A stretch of DNA of 64,000 nucleotides from contig DASSQD010000030.1 of the NCBI GenBank assembly GCA_035702665.1, positions 6,036 through 70,035 of the forward strand, in the 5' to 3' direction. Below, piece by piece: positions 14,764 to 24,891 of this stretch. Position 1 is the stretch's first letter; each line of letters opens with the position of its first letter. Both the position numbers and the translations under genes were made by a program. Source of the DNA: Burkholderiales bacterium (GTDB lineage Bacteria; Pseudomonadota; Gammaproteobacteria; Burkholderiales; SG8-39). Under the pieces are notes generated by a model. That model had not been told where the DNA came from and did not search any database. It saw only the letters and a list, made by a program, of their open reading frames with translations.

Positions 14764-17364
14764 TCAATCGAATCCGAACCGCCGGATCAGCGCGGTCTTC
14801 ACCCACTGCGTGAGTATCAGGTAGCAAGACAGAATGGCGGCCAGTGCCAGGAAGTAGCGCGCGGGCAGCGGCGTCAATCCCAGCAGACCGGCGAAATCCG
14901 AGAACGGCAGCCACAGGGCAGCGGCGCAGACCGCGACCGTAGTGACGAGCAGGGGCGCCGCCGCCCGGCTTTCGAGGAAGGGCACGCCCGCGGTGCGGAT
15001 CACGTGCACGATCAGGGTCTGCGAGAGCACCGACTCGACGAACCATCCGGACTGGAACAGGGCCGGGTCGTGCCACGCCCGGAACGCGTACAACAGCGTG
15101 AAGAACGTGGCGTAGTCGAACAGCGAGCTGATCGGCCCGAACACGAGCATGTAGCGGCCGATATTGCCGATGTCCCACTTGCGCGGCCGCGCGAGGTAGG
15201 CGGCGTCGACGCTGTCGGTCGCGAGCGCGGTCTGGGAGACGTCGTACAGCAGGTTGTTCAGCAGCACCTGGACCGGCGCCATCGGCAGGAAGGGCAGGAA
15301 GGCGCTCGCCCCGACCACGGAGAACATGTTGCCGAAGGCGGAACTCGCGCCCATGCGGATGTATTTCACGACGTTCGCGAACACGCGCCGGCCTTCGATC
15401 ACCCCGTCCCTGAGCACGAGCAGGCTCTTCTCCAGGAGAATGATGTCGGCGGATTCCTTGGCGATGTCCGCCGCGCCGCTGACCGACACGCCGACGTCGG
15501 CGGCCCGCAGCGCGGGGCCGTCGTTGATGCCGTCGCCGAGGTAGCCGACCACGTGGCCGCCGCTCCGCAGCGCGGCGATGATGCGCGCCTTGTGCTCGGG
15601 CTCGAGCTTCGCGAACACCGCCGTTCGCGCGGCGAGCTGCGCCAGCGCCGCATCGTCCATCCGATCGAGCTCGCCGCCGAGCACGACCGTGCCGGGATCG
15701 ATTCCTACCATCGCGCAGATCTTCTTCGTCACGACTTCGTTGTCGCCGGTCAGGACCTTTACCCCCACGCCCTGCTCATGCAGCGCCCGCACGGCGCCGG
15801 CCGCGCTCTCCTTGGGCGGATCGAGAAACGCGATATAGCCGGCGAGCACCAGCCCCGATTCGTCGGCGCGGCTGCAGACGGTCTTCGCCGCGGGAATGTG
15901 CTTGTACGCCACCGCGATCACCCGAAACCCTTCCTCGTTCAGGCTGCGGATGAACGGAAGGAGGTCCGCGCGGTGCGCCGCGGTGAGAGGCACGACCTTG
16001 CCTTTTTCCTCGACGTGCGCGCACACCGCGATGGTCTCCTCCGGCGCGCCCTTGCAGATCAGGACATGGTGCGCCGGGTCGCGTGCGACCATCACCGACA
16101 TGCGCCGGCGCCGGAAGTCGAAAGGCACCTCGTCGATCTTGCGGTAGCTGCGCGGAATGTGGACGTGCTCGCGCATCTCGGCGTGCTCGAGGACGGCGAC
16201 GTCGAGCAAGTTCTTCAGTCCCGACTGGAAATGGCTGTTGAGGTAGGCGAGCTCGAGCACGTGCGCGCTCTCGGCGCCGAGGATATCCACGTGCTTCTCG
16301 AGAATTACCTTGTTCTGGGTCAGCGTTCCGGTCTTGTCCGTGCACAACACGTTCATCGCGCCCAGGTTCTGGATCGCGCTCAGGCGCTTGACGATCACCT
16401 TCTTGCGGGACATCGCGAGCGCGCCCTTGGCGAGGTTGATGGTCACCACCATGGGCAGCATCTCGGGCGTCAGGCCGACCGCGACCGCCACCGCGAACAG
16501 GAAGGCCTCGACCCAGTTGCCTTTCGACAGGCCGTTGATGAGGAAGACCAGCGGCACCATCACCAGCATGAAGCGCAGCATCAGCCCGATGAAGCGCTTC
16601 ACGCCCAGATCGAAGCTCGTCGGCTGGCCCTCGGCCGCGATCGACGCGGCGATCGAGCCGAAGCGGGTGCGCGCGCCCGTCCCCATCACGAGCGCGGTCG
16701 CGGTGCCGCTCACCACGTGCGTGCCGAGGAAGGCGACGTTGGGCAATTCCGCAGCCGACGCGGCGCCCGGAGGCACTGCGGCGTGTTTCTCCGCGGGCAT
16801 CGACTCGCCGGTGAGGGCGGACTGATCGACGAACAGGTCCTTCGATTCGAGCAGCCGGACGTCGGCCGGCACGAGATCGCCCGCCGCGAGCTGCACGACG
16901 TCCCCCGGGGCCAGCCGCGCGATGGGGATCTCGTGCGGGCGGCCTCCGTCCGCCGCGCGCTCGCGCCGCAGCACGGTCGCCGTGGTATGCACCATCGCCC
17001 GGAGGCGCTCGGCCGCTTTGCCTGACCGGACTTCCTGGAACCAGGAGAGCAGCACCGAGAGCACGACCATGACGGCGATGACCAGCGCGCCTCCCGCCTC
17101 GCCGCTCAGTTGCGCCAGTATGGCGAGCGCGAGAAGGAGCAGCGACAGGGGGCTCAAGAAGAGCTGCAGCAGGCGCCTGAGGGGCGCCAGGGGGCGCTCG
17201 CGCGCAACCGCGTTCGGGCCGAGGCGCGCGATGCGCGCGGCGGCTTCGCGCCGCGTCAGGCCGGCCGGCGATGCGCCGAAGCGGGCGAACAGGGTCTCGG
17301 GTTCGAGCCGCGCCGCTTCCTCGACGCCCGGTAGAGCGTGATCGGGACCCTTCTGAGTCTTCAA
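14764..17364 (-). CDS. mgtA: Magnesium-translocating (MgtA-type) P-type ATPase
   Basis: Motifs DKTGTLT, the MgtA-type TM4 motif LTPEMLPMVVT, and GDGINDGPAL. ORF 14764..17430 trimmed to TTG 17364, which overlaps the upstream stop (TTGA). Start uncertain. Confidence 0.85.
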   Translation of the reverse strand: MKTQKGPDHALPGVEEAARLEPETLFARFGASPAGLTRREAAARIARLGPNAVARERPLAPLRRLLQLFLSPLSLLLLALAILAQLSGEAGGALVIAVMVVLSVLLSWFQEVRSGKAAERLRAMVHTTATVLRRERAADGGRPHEIPIARLAPGDVVQLAAGDLVPADVRLLESKDLFVDQSALTGESMPAEKHAAVPPGAASAAELPNVAFLGTHVVSGTATALVMGTGARTRFGSIAASIAAEGQPTSFDLGVKRFIGLMLRFMLVMVPLVFLINGLSKGNWVEAFLFAVAVAVGLTPEMLPMVVTINLAKGALAMSRKKVIVKRLSAIQNLGAMNVLCTDKTGTLTQNKVILEKHVDILGAESAHVLELAYLNSHFQSGLKNLLDVAVLEHAEMREHVHIPRSYRKIDEVPFDFRRRRMSVMVARDPAHHVLICKGAPEETIAVCAHVEEKGKVVPLTAAHRADLLPFIRSLNEEGFRVIAVAYKHIPAAKTVCSRADESGLVLAGYIAFLDPPKESAAGAVRALHEQGVGVKVLTGDNEVVTKKICAMVGIDPGTVVLGGELDRMDDAALAQLAARTAVFAKLEPEHKARIIAALRSGGHVVGYLGDGINDGPALRAADVGVSVSGAADIAKESADIILLEKSLLVLRDGVIEGRRVFANVVKYIRMGASSAFGNMFSVVGASAFLPFLPMAPVQVLLNNLLYDVSQTALATDSVDAAYLARPRKWDIGNIGRYMLVFGPISSLFDYATFFTLLYAFRAWHDPALFQSGWFVESVLSQTLIVHVIRTAGVPFLESRAAAPLLVTTVAVCAAALWLPFSDFAGLLGLTPLPARYFLALAAILSCYLILTQWVKTALIRRFGFD

Positions 17365-17858
17365 CGCGTCCAGGTCGCCCGCACGAGGTTCTCTTCCTTG
17401 TTGTACTGCAGGGAGAGACTGCCCTTGCACGCGTCATGGACGCGCTCGGCGATGCGCCGTGCGAGGTGGGTGTCGGTCGTCGTGACCAGGACGCCGCCTT
17501 CGACGTCCTTGATTGCGATGAGCCTCTGCAGCGGATGCGTGGCCTTCTCCTCCGCTTCGCATTTCCGCACGATATTGAGGATCTCATCGCGGTGCGCCGC
17601 CAGGTACTCGCCGCCGAGGTTCACGTATCCGGACGGATAGTCGTCCCGGATGCGCTGGCAGGCCGGGCACATCTGCTCGTGCGCGCCCCCGCGCGGCACG
17701 CCGTTCCAGGTCCAGCGCCCCTTTTGGAACACGGCGCCGCACCCGGGGCAGCGCGTGGGGTCGGGCAGCTTGCCCTTGGCCTTGTAGCTGTCGTGCCTCG
17801 GGTCGTCTTGCAGCTGCTCGCGGCGCGTCGAGCGGGATTCGCCTCTTCCGGACTTCAT
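17361..17858 (-). CDS. Zinc-ribbon protein (CxxC...CxxC), BCAM0308-like family
   Basis: 165 aa containing CPGCGAVF...CPACQRI. ATG overlaps the HPF stop (ATGA). From memory it resembles a family named after a Burkholderia cenocepacia lxa-locus gene. Confidence 0.65.
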   Translation of the reverse strand: MKSGRGESRSTRREQLQDDPRHDSYKAKGKLPDPTRCPGCGAVFQKGRWTWNGVPRGGAHEQMCPACQRIRDDYPSGYVNLGGEYLAAHRDEILNIVRKCEAEEKATHPLQRLIAIKDVEGGVLVTTTDTHLARRIAERVHDACKGSLSLQYNKEENLVRATWTR

Positions 17859-18220
17859 GATGATTCTCCTTGCGCCGCACGCCGCGGCCTGACCGGGTGC
17901 TTCTTGACCTCGCCGCGCGCGACCCGCGTGGCGTCCTCGAGCTGCCGCCGGAGCGAGAGGAAGGATTCGCGCAGGGCGACATGGGCGTCCTTGGCGTGCC
18001 TGTGGTTCGACACGATCTCCTTGCCCGGAATGCGCAGGTCGACGCGCACGTGGAACAGACGGGCCGTGCTGCGGTGCCTGCGCAATTCCTCGATGCTGAC
18101 GCGGCAGCTCACGATTCGAGAGTGGATCTTCTCCAGCTTGTCCGCCATCTTCCGCACGCGCGCCTCGAGGGCGGCGGAGCGCGGCACGTTGAGTACGGTG
18201 ATCCGCAGGGGGATTGGCAT
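17855..18220 (-). CDS. HPF/RaiA-family ribosome-associated (hibernation) protein, short form
   Basis: 121 aa with the typical N-terminus MPIPLRITVLNVPRSAALEARVRKMADKLEK. GAGGGGG SD upstream. Confidence 0.8.
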   Translation of the reverse strand: MPIPLRITVLNVPRSAALEARVRKMADKLEKIHSRIVSCRVSIEELRRHRSTARLFHVRVDLRIPGKEIVSNHRHAKDAHVALRESFLSLRRQLEDATRVARGEVKKHPVRPRRAAQGESS

Positions 18221-18233
18221 GATGCGGCCCCCT

Positions 18234-18689
18234 CTAGCGGCGCCGCGCCGCGCGCACCAGCAGCACCGGCACGGGCGAGTTGCGCACGACCAGCTCGGCG
18301 TCGCTCCCGAGCATCAGGCGGTTGACGCCGCGCCGCCCGTGAGTTCCCATGACGATCAGATCGGCGCGCCAGCGCCTGGCGCGCGCGATCAGCACGTCGG
18401 CGACGCGGCTGGTCGCGTTCTCGAACAGCTCGGTCTCCGGCCGGACTCCCCGCGACGCCGCCTGTTTCGCGGCGCGTTCGAGAATGCGCTTGCCGCCGCT
18501 CTTCAGCGACTCTATCACCGGCTCGATGTTGAGCCCGCCCTCGGCCGAGCTGAAGATGGGCACTTCGTCCACGATGTGCACCAGCCGGACGCGCGCCTTC
18601 TGATTCTTGGCGAGGCGCAGCGCCTCGCTCAGCCCCGACATGGATGTGGGGCTGCCGTCCACCGGGACCAGAATTCTCTTGTAGACCAT
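18234..18689 (-). CDS. Universal stress protein (UspA family)
   Basis: ORF 18234..18731 trimmed to ATG 18689, with GGAGA 6 nt upstream. KRILVPVDGS...LIVMGTHGRRG...GSDAELVVRNSPVPVLLV. Confidence 0.85.
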   Translation of the reverse strand: MVYKRILVPVDGSPTSMSGLSEALRLAKNQKARVRLVHIVDEVPIFSSAEGGLNIEPVIESLKSGGKRILERAAKQAASRGVRPETELFENATSRVADVLIARARRWRADLIVMGTHGRRGVNRLMLGSDAELVVRNSPVPVLLVRAARRR

Positions 18690-18758
18690 TGTTGTCTCCC
18701 GATACCTGTCGATCGAATATATCCGCCACAAACGTACCCGCCGTGCCGCCTCCGACCG

Positions 18759-18772
18759 TTGATCTAAGTCAA
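18759..18772. promoter_or_regulatory. FNR/Anr box TTGATctaaGTCAA
   Basis: Lies in the divergent region between the USP operon (ATG 18689) and the acs/GNAT gene (ATG 18853). Confidence 0.65.
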
Positions 18773-18852
18773 CCCGGTCTACAATACTCCGACAAGATCC
18801 TCGAGGTGCGGTTCAGACCGGGCCCGCCGCCGATTCTCGCGAACAGACCTTG

Positions 18853-21564
18853 ATGAAAGACGTCTCGGGCCGACACTATCTCACGCCGCTGTTCGAGCCG
18901 CGCTCGGTCGCCATCGTCGGGGCGAGCGAGACGCCCGGCAAGGTCGGCACCGTGCTGCTCTCCAACATGCTGGCGGCCGGCTACCGCGGTCCGCTGTTCG
19001 CGGTCAACCCGAAGTATTCGGCGGTCGGCGGCGTGCCGTGCTACGCGTCGGTCGGCAAGATTCCCGCGGACGTCGATCTCGCGGTGATTGCGACGCCGGC
19101 GAGGACGGTGCCGCAGGTGATCGAGGAGTGCGGAAAGGCCGGGGTGCGCTCCGCGGTGGTGATCACGGCGGGCTTCTCCGAGGTCGGGGCGGCAGGCGCG
19201 AAGCTCGAGCGCGCGCTCCTCGAGAACGCGCGCCGCGGCGGCGTGCGGCTCGTCGGTCCCAACTGCCTCGGCATTGCGCGTCCCGCGCTCGGGCTCAACG
19301 CTACCTTCGCGCGCGGGGCCGCGCTTCCAGGGTCGCTCGGCCTCGTGTCGCAGTCGGGCGCGGTTTGCGCGGCGATGCTCGACTGGGCTACGCCGAACAA
19401 GGTCGGTTTCTCCAGCATCGTTTCGCTCGGCGGCTCGAGCGACATCGACTTCGGCGAGATCATCGACTACCTCGCGAACGACCAGGCGACCGAGCACATC
19501 CTGCTCTATATCGAGGGCATCCGCGACGCGCGCCGGTTCCTGTCCAGCCTGCGCGCGGCCGCGCGCGCCAAGCCGGTCATCGTCATGAAGGTCGGGCGAC
19601 ACCCGGCGGGCTCGCGCGCCGCGGTGTCGCATACCGGCGCGATCGTCGGCTCGGACGACGTGTTCGAAGCCGCGGTGGAGCGCGCGGGCGTGGTGCGCGT
19701 CGCGAGCGTCGGCCAGCTCGTCGCCGCAGCGCAGGCGCTCGCCTCCCACGTGCGCCCCAAGGGCGAGCAGCTCGCCGTGATAACCAACGGCGGAGGCCCG
19801 GGCGTCATGGCGGCGGACCGGCTCGCCGACCTCGGGCTCTCGCTCGCCGACCTGGCGCCGGCTACGGTGAAAGCCCTGCACGCCGCCCTGCCCGCGAACT
19901 GGTCGCACGGCAATCCCATCGATCTCATCGGCGATGCCGACAGCGCGCGCTACAAGGCGGCCGTCTCCGCGTGCCTCGCCGACGGCGGCATCGACGGCAT
20001 TCTCGTCATCCTCACGCCGCAGGCGATGACCGAGGCGGAGGCGACCGCGCGCGCGGTGATCGAGGCGGCCGCCGGAGCGTCCAAGCCGCTCATCGCCTGC
20101 TGGATGGGCGAAGCGAGCGCAGGTCCGGCGCGCAAGCTCCTCCACGACGCTTCGATCCCGGTGTTCCGCACCCCCGATCCCGCCGTCGAGATGTTCGCGC
20201 ACCTCGCCGCCTACTACCGCAACCAGCGCACGCTGCTCCAGGCCCCGGGACCGGTGGCGCATCTCGCCGCGCCCGACATCCCGGGCGCGCGGCTGGTGAT
20301 CGACAGCGCTCTCGCCGAGCGGCGCAAGCTGCTGTCCGAGACCGAATCCAAGGCCCTGCTGGCCGCCTTCCACATCCCGATCGCGCAGACCGTGCTCGCG
20401 CACTCGGCGCGCGACGCCATGCTGATGGCGCAGGAAATGGGCTTCCCCGTCGCCATGAAGATCGACTCGCCCGATATCGCGCACAAGAGCGACGTCGGCG
20501 GCGTCCGGCTCAACCTCGTCGACGCCGAGAGCGTGCGCTCGGGCTACCGCGAGATGCTCGACGAGGTCGCCGGCAAGCGCCCGGACGCGCGACTGAACGG
20601 CGTCACCGTCGAGCCGATGGTCGCGCGCCCGCACGGGAGAGAGCTCGTCGTCGGCGTCATCCGCGATTCGGTCTTCGGTCCCGCGATCACCGTCGGCATG
20701 GGGGGCAGGGCGGTCGAGGTGGTGCGCGACCGGGCCGTGGCGCTGCCGCCGCTCAACGCGTTCCTCGTGAAGGCGATGATCGGCCGCACCCGGGTTTCGC
20801 GGTTGCTCGGCGAGTTCCGCAGGATGCCCGCGGCCGACATGCAGGCGCTCGAGTCGGTCCTCCTCCGTGTCTCGGAGATGGTCTGCGAGCTGCCGCAGAT
20901 CGAGGAATTCGAGATCAACCCGCTCATCGCCGACGAGACGGGCGCCGTCGCGGTGGACGCGCGCGCGGTGGTGCGCGACCCGCAGCCGATGCGCGGCCGC
21001 TACGCGCACATGGCGATCCATCCGTATCCCAGCGACCTGGTGGCGAGCTGGGTGCTCCCGGAGGGCAGCGTCGTCCAGACCCGGCCGATCCGCCCCGAGG
21101 ACGCCGAGATGGAGCAGGAGTTCGTCAGAAATCTCTCGGACAAGAGCCGCTACTTCCGCTTCATGAACTCGGTCCGCGAGCTGACGCCGTCGATGCTCAC
21201 GCGCTTCACCCAGATCGACTACGACAGGGAGATGGCGTTCGTATGCGTGCGCAGCGAGCAGGGCCGGGAGGAGGAAATCGCGGTGGGGCGCTACGTCACC
21301 AATCCCGACGGGCGGACCTGCGAGTTCGCCGTGGTCGTCGCCGACGCCTGGCAGCAGAAGGGCCTCGGCCGGCGCCTGCTGGAGACTCTGATCAGCGTGG
21401 CGCGTTCGCGCGGGCTCGAGGTGATGGTGGGGCACATTCTCGCGGCGAACGAGCCGATGCTGAGCCTGTGCACCAAGCTGGGGTTCCGGATATCCGACCA
21501 TCCGGAGGACTCGACCGTAAGGCGCGCAATCCTCGACCTCGCGTCGCCGCGAAGCATCGCATAG
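18853..21564 (+). CDS. ADP-forming acetyl-CoA synthetase-like / GNAT acetyltransferase fusion (Pat/YfiQ-type)
   Basis: ~903 aa. CoA-binding N-terminus (SVAIVGASETPGKVG), succinyl-CoA-synthetase-like and ATP-grasp regions, C-terminal GNAT (AVVVADAWQQKGLGRRLL). A TTG at 18850 is also possible. Confidence 0.85.
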   Translation: MKDVSGRHYLTPLFEPRSVAIVGASETPGKVGTVLLSNMLAAGYRGPLFAVNPKYSAVGGVPCYASVGKIPADVDLAVIATPARTVPQVIEECGKAGVRSAVVITAGFSEVGAAGAKLERALLENARRGGVRLVGPNCLGIARPALGLNATFARGAALPGSLGLVSQSGAVCAAMLDWATPNKVGFSSIVSLGGSSDIDFGEIIDYLANDQATEHILLYIEGIRDARRFLSSLRAAARAKPVIVMKVGRHPAGSRAAVSHTGAIVGSDDVFEAAVERAGVVRVASVGQLVAAAQALASHVRPKGEQLAVITNGGGPGVMAADRLADLGLSLADLAPATVKALHAALPANWSHGNPIDLIGDADSARYKAAVSACLADGGIDGILVILTPQAMTEAEATARAVIEAAAGASKPLIACWMGEASAGPARKLLHDASIPVFRTPDPAVEMFAHLAAYYRNQRTLLQAPGPVAHLAAPDIPGARLVIDSALAERRKLLSETESKALLAAFHIPIAQTVLAHSARDAMLMAQEMGFPVAMKIDSPDIAHKSDVGGVRLNLVDAESVRSGYREMLDEVAGKRPDARLNGVTVEPMVARPHGRELVVGVIRDSVFGPAITVGMGGRAVEVVRDRAVALPPLNAFLVKAMIGRTRVSRLLGEFRRMPAADMQALESVLLRVSEMVCELPQIEEFEINPLIADETGAVAVDARAVVRDPQPMRGRYAHMAIHPYPSDLVASWVLPEGSVVQTRPIRPEDAEMEQEFVRNLSDKSRYFRFMNSVRELTPSMLTRFTQIDYDREMAFVCVRSEQGREEEIAVGRYVTNPDGRTCEFAVVVADAWQQKGLGRRLLETLISVARSRGLEVMVGHILAANEPMLSLCTKLGFRISDHPEDSTVRRAILDLASPRSIA

Positions 21565-21584
21565 ACCGCCTCGGATCGGTCCGG

Positions 21585-21598
21585 TTGATCCAGGTCAA
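21585..21598. promoter_or_regulatory. FNR/Anr box TTGATccagGTCAA
   Basis: Centre lies 40.5 nt upstream of ATG 21632. TACTAT hexamer at 21620-21625. Confidence 0.7.
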
Positions 21599-21631
21599 TT
21601 GCGGCGACGGAGCGTCTTCTACTATCTTGGC

Positions 21632-22864
21632 ATGTCGATAGGAGCGATCGTAAGGCACCCTGGATGGATCGCGCTTGCTCTGGTGGCGGCAGGCGCGGCC
21701 GTATTCTTCTCTCGCGACGTGGTCCTCGGGAAGCCGGTCGAGGCCTACCAGGCGATCCGCGGCGATCTCGTGCAGACGGTGGTGGCGAGCGGACGCATCA
21801 TCACGCCGCAGCGCCTGTCGGTGGGAGCGGTGGTCACGGAGCACGTGGTGCGCATTCCGGTCAACGAGGGTCAGAAGGTCCGCAAGGGCGACGTGCTCAT
21901 CGAGCTGGACGACAGGGACGAGCGCGCCGCGCTCGAGCAGGCCAGGGCCAGCGTGGCGCAGGCGGAAGCGAAGGTGCGGCAACTGCGCGAAGTAGGGCTG
22001 CCGGCGGCCGAGCAGACTCTGGTACAGGCGGAGGCCACCGCGCTCAACGCGCGGCAGCAGTTCGAGCGCACGAAGACCTTGCGCGAGCGCGGCTTCGTCG
22101 TGCAGTCGCAGCTGGACGACGCTCAGCGGGCACGCGACATCGCCGAGGCCCAGCTGCGCGCCGCGCGCCTGCAGGTCGAGACCAACAAGCCCACGGGCAG
22201 CGACTTCGCTCTGGCGCAGACCGCGCTCGAGCAGGCCCGCGCGAGCCTGCGCGCCGCGCAGGTGAAGCTAGAGCAGACCGTGATCAAGGCGCCGGTGGAC
22301 GGCATTCTGATCGCGCGCAACGTCGAAGTCGGAGACGTGGTGCAGCCCGGAAAGGAATTGATGGGGCTGGCCCCGGCCGGCGAGACGCAGGTGGACGTGA
22401 TGATCGACGAGCGGCAGCTCTCGCGGCTCGCGCTCGGACAGAAGGCGCTCGGCTCGGCCGATGCCTTTTCCGACCAGCGCTTTGCGGCGGAGCTCGTGTA
22501 CATCAACCCTGCGGTCGACCCGTTGCGGGGCTCGGTCGAGGTCAAGCTGAAGGTGCCGGATCCGCCCTCGTATCTGGTGCAGGACATGACCGCGTCGGTC
22601 GACATCGAGGTGGCGCGCAAGGCGGACACGGTCTACGTTCCGACCGAAACCGTGCGCGACGCAAACGGGGCGCAGCCCTGGGTGCTCGCGATCCGGGGGT
22701 TTCGCGCCATGCGCCAGCCGGTGAAGCTCGGCCTGCGCGGCGACAGGCGGATCGAGATCCTCGACGGCATCGAAGCCGGCGACGAGCTGATCCCCGCGAC
22801 CAACGGGGTCGTGAAGGCCGGGCAGCGCGTGCGCGCGGTCGCGCCGCAGAGCGCTTCCCGATGA
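21632..22864 (+). CDS. HlyD/MacA-type periplasmic adaptor subunit
   Basis: ORF 21599..22864 trimmed to ATG 21632. N-terminal TM helix, coiled-coil region, beta-barrel region. Confidence 0.8.
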   Translation: MSIGAIVRHPGWIALALVAAGAAVFFSRDVVLGKPVEAYQAIRGDLVQTVVASGRIITPQRLSVGAVVTEHVVRIPVNEGQKVRKGDVLIELDDRDERAALEQARASVAQAEAKVRQLREVGLPAAEQTLVQAEATALNARQQFERTKTLRERGFVVQSQLDDAQRARDIAEAQLRAARLQVETNKPTGSDFALAQTALEQARASLRAAQVKLEQTVIKAPVDGILIARNVEVGDVVQPGKELMGLAPAGETQVDVMIDERQLSRLALGQKALGSADAFSDQRFAAELVYINPAVDPLRGSVEVKLKVPDPPSYLVQDMTASVDIEVARKADTVYVPTETVRDANGAQPWVLAIRGFRAMRQPVKLGLRGDRRIEILDGIEAGDELIPATNGVVKAGQRVRAVAPQSASR

Positions 22865-24084
22865 ACCGCTTCACTCCCTTCGAATGGATCGCTGCAACGC
22901 GCTTCATGCGCGAGGGGCTGGTGCAGACGCTGCTCATCGTCGTAGGGGTCGCTCTGGGCGTTGCGGTCATCGTGTTCATGTCCGCGACGCTCTCCGGTCT
23001 GCAGGCGAATATCATCCGCCGCACGCTCAACTACATGGCGCCCATCGTCGTCATCCCGCCGCAGCAGGTCGCTCGGCCGCTGCGGGAGAACGGGAAAGGC
23101 TCGGCCGTCCTGGTGCAGCCCAGATCGCAGCAGCTGCGCTCGATCGATCAGTGGCAGAAGGTGCGCGCGCAGATCGAGCGGCTCCCCGATGTGATCGCGG
23201 TGACTCCGGTGGTCTCGGGTCCGGGCTTCGCGCTGCGCGGCGATGCCAACAAGGCCGTGAATATCACGGGCATCGAGCCCGACAGCTACCTCGACGTCAT
23301 TTCCCTCGCCGACAAGATCGTCGACGGGAAGCTGAGCGTCGCGAGCTCCGACATCATCATCGGCACCGAGCTCGCGCAGGACCTCGGCGCCGGCGTAGGC
23401 GACAAGCTGCGGCTTACGACCGCGACGGGCGCCTCCACGACACTCAACGTAACCGGCATTTTCGATTTCGGGAACAAGCGGATAAACGAGGCCAACGTCT
23501 ACATCAGCCTGCATGTCGCTCAGAACCTGCTCAACCTCGTCGGCGGCGTCTCGAGCGTCGAGCTGAAGGTGCGCGATCCGTTCGACGCGGAAACCATCGC
23601 GCAGGTCATCCAGGACGAAACCGGACAGGAGGCGGACAGCTGGATCAAGACCAACGCGCAGTTCTTCACCGCCATGCTGGCCCAGACGCTCACCAACAGG
23701 CTCATCCGCTTCTTCGTGGGCCTGACCGCCGCGCTCGGGATCGCGAGCGTGCTGGTTGTCTCGGTCGTGCAGAAGTCCAAGGAGATCGGCATCCTGCGCG
23801 CCATGGGTACCTCGAGCGGGCAGGTGCTGCGCGTGTTCCTGCTGCAGGGGGCCGTCATGGCGCTCGCCGGCTCGATCCTCGGCTCGGGCCTGTCGTTCGT
23901 GTTTCTCGCCTTCTTTCGCAGCATCGCCAGGAATCCGGACGGCACGGTGATGTTCGTGATCGAGATCGATGCGACGCTGCTCGCGATAACGGCGATCGGC
24001 GCGACGCTGGTCGGGCTTCTCGCCGCGGCGTTGCCGGCGCGGCTCGCGGCGCGGCTCGATCCGGCGGTGGCCATCCGGGGATGA
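22861..24084 (+). CDS. ABC transporter permease, FtsX/MacB/LolCE type
   Basis: ATG 22861 overlaps the previous stop (ATGA). 407 aa with a large periplasmic loop and a C-terminal FtsX domain. Confidence 0.8.
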   Translation: MNRFTPFEWIAATRFMREGLVQTLLIVVGVALGVAVIVFMSATLSGLQANIIRRTLNYMAPIVVIPPQQVARPLRENGKGSAVLVQPRSQQLRSIDQWQKVRAQIERLPDVIAVTPVVSGPGFALRGDANKAVNITGIEPDSYLDVISLADKIVDGKLSVASSDIIIGTELAQDLGAGVGDKLRLTTATGASTTLNVTGIFDFGNKRINEANVYISLHVAQNLLNLVGGVSSVELKVRDPFDAETIAQVIQDETGQEADSWIKTNAQFFTAMLAQTLTNRLIRFFVGLTAALGIASVLVVSVVQKSKEIGILRAMGTSSGQVLRVFLLQGAVMALAGSILGSGLSFVFLAFFRSIARNPDGTVMFVIEIDATLLAITAIGATLVGLLAAALPARLAARLDPAVAIRG

Positions 24085-24851
24085 GCATGGCTGGAACCGC
24101 TGCCGCGGAAACCTTGCGCCTCGACGGCGTGCGCAAGTCCTACGGGGTCGGGACGCCGGTGGAGACCGAGGTGCTGCACGGGATCGATCTCCACATCGGG
24201 GGCGGCGAGTTCACCGCGCTGATCGGACCGTCGGGGGGCGGCAAGAGCACGCTGCTGAACCTCATCGGCCTGCTCGACCAGCCCACTCGCGGGAAGGTGT
24301 GGATACAGGGGGTCGAAACGGAAGAACTGGGCGACGCGGAGCGCACCCGCCTGCGCGGCCGCTCGATCGGCTTCGTGTTCCAGTATCACTACCTCCTGCC
24401 GGCGTTCACCGCGCTCGAGAACGTGATGATGCCCATGCTCGCCGTCAGGGGGTTCCCGAACGACGCGATGCGCGAGCGCGCGGCGATGCTGCTCGACCGG
24501 GTAGGCCTCACGCCCTGGAAGGACCACAAGACGAACGACATTTCCGGCGGCCAGCAGCAGCGGGTCGCGGTGGCGCGCTCGCTCGCCATGGAGCCCGCGC
24601 TGGTGCTCGCCGACGAGCCCACGGGGAACCTCGACACCAACTCGGCCGACGGCGTGTTCGACGTGCTACGCTCGGTCAATGAAACGAGCGGAACGACCTT
24701 TCTCATCGTGACTCACGACCCGCGCCTCGCGCAGCGCTGCGACCGCATCATCGAGCTGGTCGACGGCCGCCTGGTCGCGGACCGGCTCAACGCGAACGTG
24801 ATCCGGCGCAGCGGGGCGGCGTTCTCGGAGAGCGCGCGGCGCGCTCCGTGA
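24081..24851 (+). CDS. ABC transporter ATP-binding protein (MacB/LolD type)
   Basis: ATG 24081 overlaps the previous stop (ATGA). [32 protein letters not shown]. Confidence 0.85.
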   Translation: MSMAGTAAAETLRLDGVRKSYGVGTPVETEVLHGIDLHIGGGEFTALIGPSGGGKSTLLNLIGLLDQPTRGKVWIQGVETEELGDAERTRLRGRSIGFVFQYHYLLPAFTALENVMMPMLAVRGFPNDAMRERAAMLLDRVGLTPWKDHKTNDISGGQQQRVAVARSLAMEPALVLADEPTGNLDTNSADGVFDVLRSVNETSGTTFLIVTHDPRLAQRCDRIIELVDGRLVADRLNANVIRRSGAAFSESARRAP

Positions 24852-24891
24852 CGCCATCGCTGGAACCAAGATACGCTCTGGAGGGATTCAA

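Noticed and set aside
18780-18785. A good TACAAT -10 hexamer just after the FNR box at 18759-18772.
   Set aside because: It would put the box centre near -26. That does not fit activation geometry, although it could mean repression or be fortuitous. It cannot be resolved from sequence, so I did not annotate a promoter.
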